A stretch of DNA of 64,000 nucleotides from Octopus sinensis (Eukaryota): the NCBI RefSeq assembly GCF_006345805.1, contig NC_043007.1, forward strand, positions 34,906,001 through 34,970,000, written 5' to 3'. Shown here piece after piece: positions 62,669-64,000 of the stretch. Position 1 is the stretch's first letter. Each line of letters starts with the position of its first letter. The notes beneath the pieces were generated by a model. The model made no database searches and was not told the DNA's origin. It saw only the letters and a list, made by a program, of their open reading frames with translations. Both the position numbers and the translations under genes were made by a program.

Positions 62669-63190
62669 TGATTGATTGATTGATTCTAGTTTCAGCTTAT
62701 GAGCTGTGGCCATGCTGGGGCACCGCCATTTGGTGTTGCTACTTGGTTTCACTTCATGGAGGCTTTCTAGCAACTGCTATTTGGTGCATGAGAGAGTTCG
62801 ATGCAGCTGCCCTCATCTGCCCCTCCTGCCGTGAAGTTGGTTCATCTGGGACACCTGACAGGAAGAGATCCAGCTCCATTTTAAAGACATCTGTATCCAC
62901 CCCATGCAGGTCTCTCAGGTTCTTCGGGAGGATATTGAAGAGCTGTGGGCCTCGGAAGCCCAGGCTATCACAGAATCTTGTCCTACATCTTGATGGCAAG
63001 TTTGGAGTCCTATATATATACATATATACGACGGATTTCTTTCAGTTTCCGTCTACCAAATCCACTCACAAGGCTTTGGTCGGCCCGAGGCTATAGTAGA
63101 AGATACTTGCCCAAGGTGCCACGCAGCGGTACTGAACCCAGAACCATGTGGCTGGTAAGCAAGCTACTTACCACACAGCCACTCGTACGC
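62345..63190 (-). mobile_element. Family A SINE split by a LINE fragment in its internal microsatellite
   Basis: 3' domain 62345-62580, 5' domain 63025-63190. Confidence 0.85.
62665..63012 (-). mobile_element. LINE 3' end (CR1/L2/I-group; clade not resolved) with family H tail and (TCAA)n
   Basis: GPQLFNILPKNLRDLHGVDTDVFKMELDLFLSGVPDEP...RAAASNSL, then ggcggtgccccagcatggccacagctcataagctgaaactagaatcaatcaatc. Confidence 0.8.
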
Positions 63191-63204
63191 CTATAAATAT
63201 TCGA

Positions 63205-63305
63205 AAGGTAAAGTCGACTACGATGGAATTTGAACTCAGAATGAAAATACACGAGATACCGCTAGCCATCTCGCCCGGCGCGGTAACGTTTCTGCCAACT
63301 CACCA
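63205..63305 (-). mobile_element. Family B SINE 5' fragment
   Basis: Reverse complement of ttggcagaaacgttaccgcgccgggcgag...ttctgagttcaaattcc. Confidence 0.7.
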
Positions 63306-63327
63306 TGTTATATAAATTTTATATGAA

Positions 63328-63358
<31 letters not shown>

Positions 63359-63371
63359 CTCTCTCTCTCTA

Positions 63372-63455
<84 letters not shown>

Positions 63456-63937
63456 AGATAGCTTTTGTTTCATTTGCTTTCATACACCAAACTCCATTTG
63501 TTTCATTTTCTTTCATACGCCAAACTCCATAGTACACACTTTACCCAATCCTGCCTTCCCTCACTCCACCAATTGCATCCCACTGTAACATTACCCTCAC
63601 GTCTTTTCCTACAGTTTTAAGCCAAACGATAAAAGTTTAAACCAAAATCCACCCCAGACGCAACCGCCACCACTACCATCACCACCACCACCACCACCAC
63701 CACTACCACTACCACCGCCACCAATTTGGAAGGACGTACAAAGGTCAACAGCACGACCTCACTGTGTCTGACCAAAGAATGTTTTAAAAATAACACGCCA
63801 TATTATTTATATAACTTCACTACACAGACCAAATTTTATTAAACGATTGCTTACGTTTTGTGAAAGAATTTATAATTTGTCATTTTATTTAAACGGTGTG
63901 TATAATGAATATATATATATATATATATATATATGTG

Positions 63938-63991
<54 letters not shown>

Positions 63992-64000
63992 CACACACAC

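Overview
AT-rich, microsatellite-saturated animal genomic DNA with no recognisable host gene. The SINE, RTE, Penelope and mariner content and TTAGGG-type repeats suggest an octopod cephalopod (inference from repeat recognition, not a database hit). The window is almost entirely repeats: at least five tRNA-derived SINE families, LINE fragments (RTE, R4/Dong-like, L1/Tx1-like, CR1/L2-group), a decayed Penelope-like element (RT plus GIY-YIG), mariner, hAT, pogo, piggyBac-type and Helitron-like DNA elements, and MITEs. The main signal, invisible in the ORF track, is eleven minimal type I hammerhead-ribozyme motifs in six sequence families, on both strands. Most have the loop-less palindromic stem III typical of Penelope-like elements (PLEs) and lie in short non-coding elements in or next to (TA)n tracts. 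They include a family whose three copies all read CUGUNGA instead of CUGANGA, a pair with compensating stem changes, and a tRNA-headed SINE with a hammerhead in its 3' half. Other highlights: a 702-bp MITE (8-bp TSD, about 277-bp TIRs) enclosing a (CCCTAA)n array, a spacer-less 260-bp palindrome, a five-unit SINE array inside one TSD, a SINE-derived higher-order satellite, and a 40-bp templated insertion in a mariner. Folds were read by eye; repeat boundaries are approximate unless a TSD or TIR is quoted.
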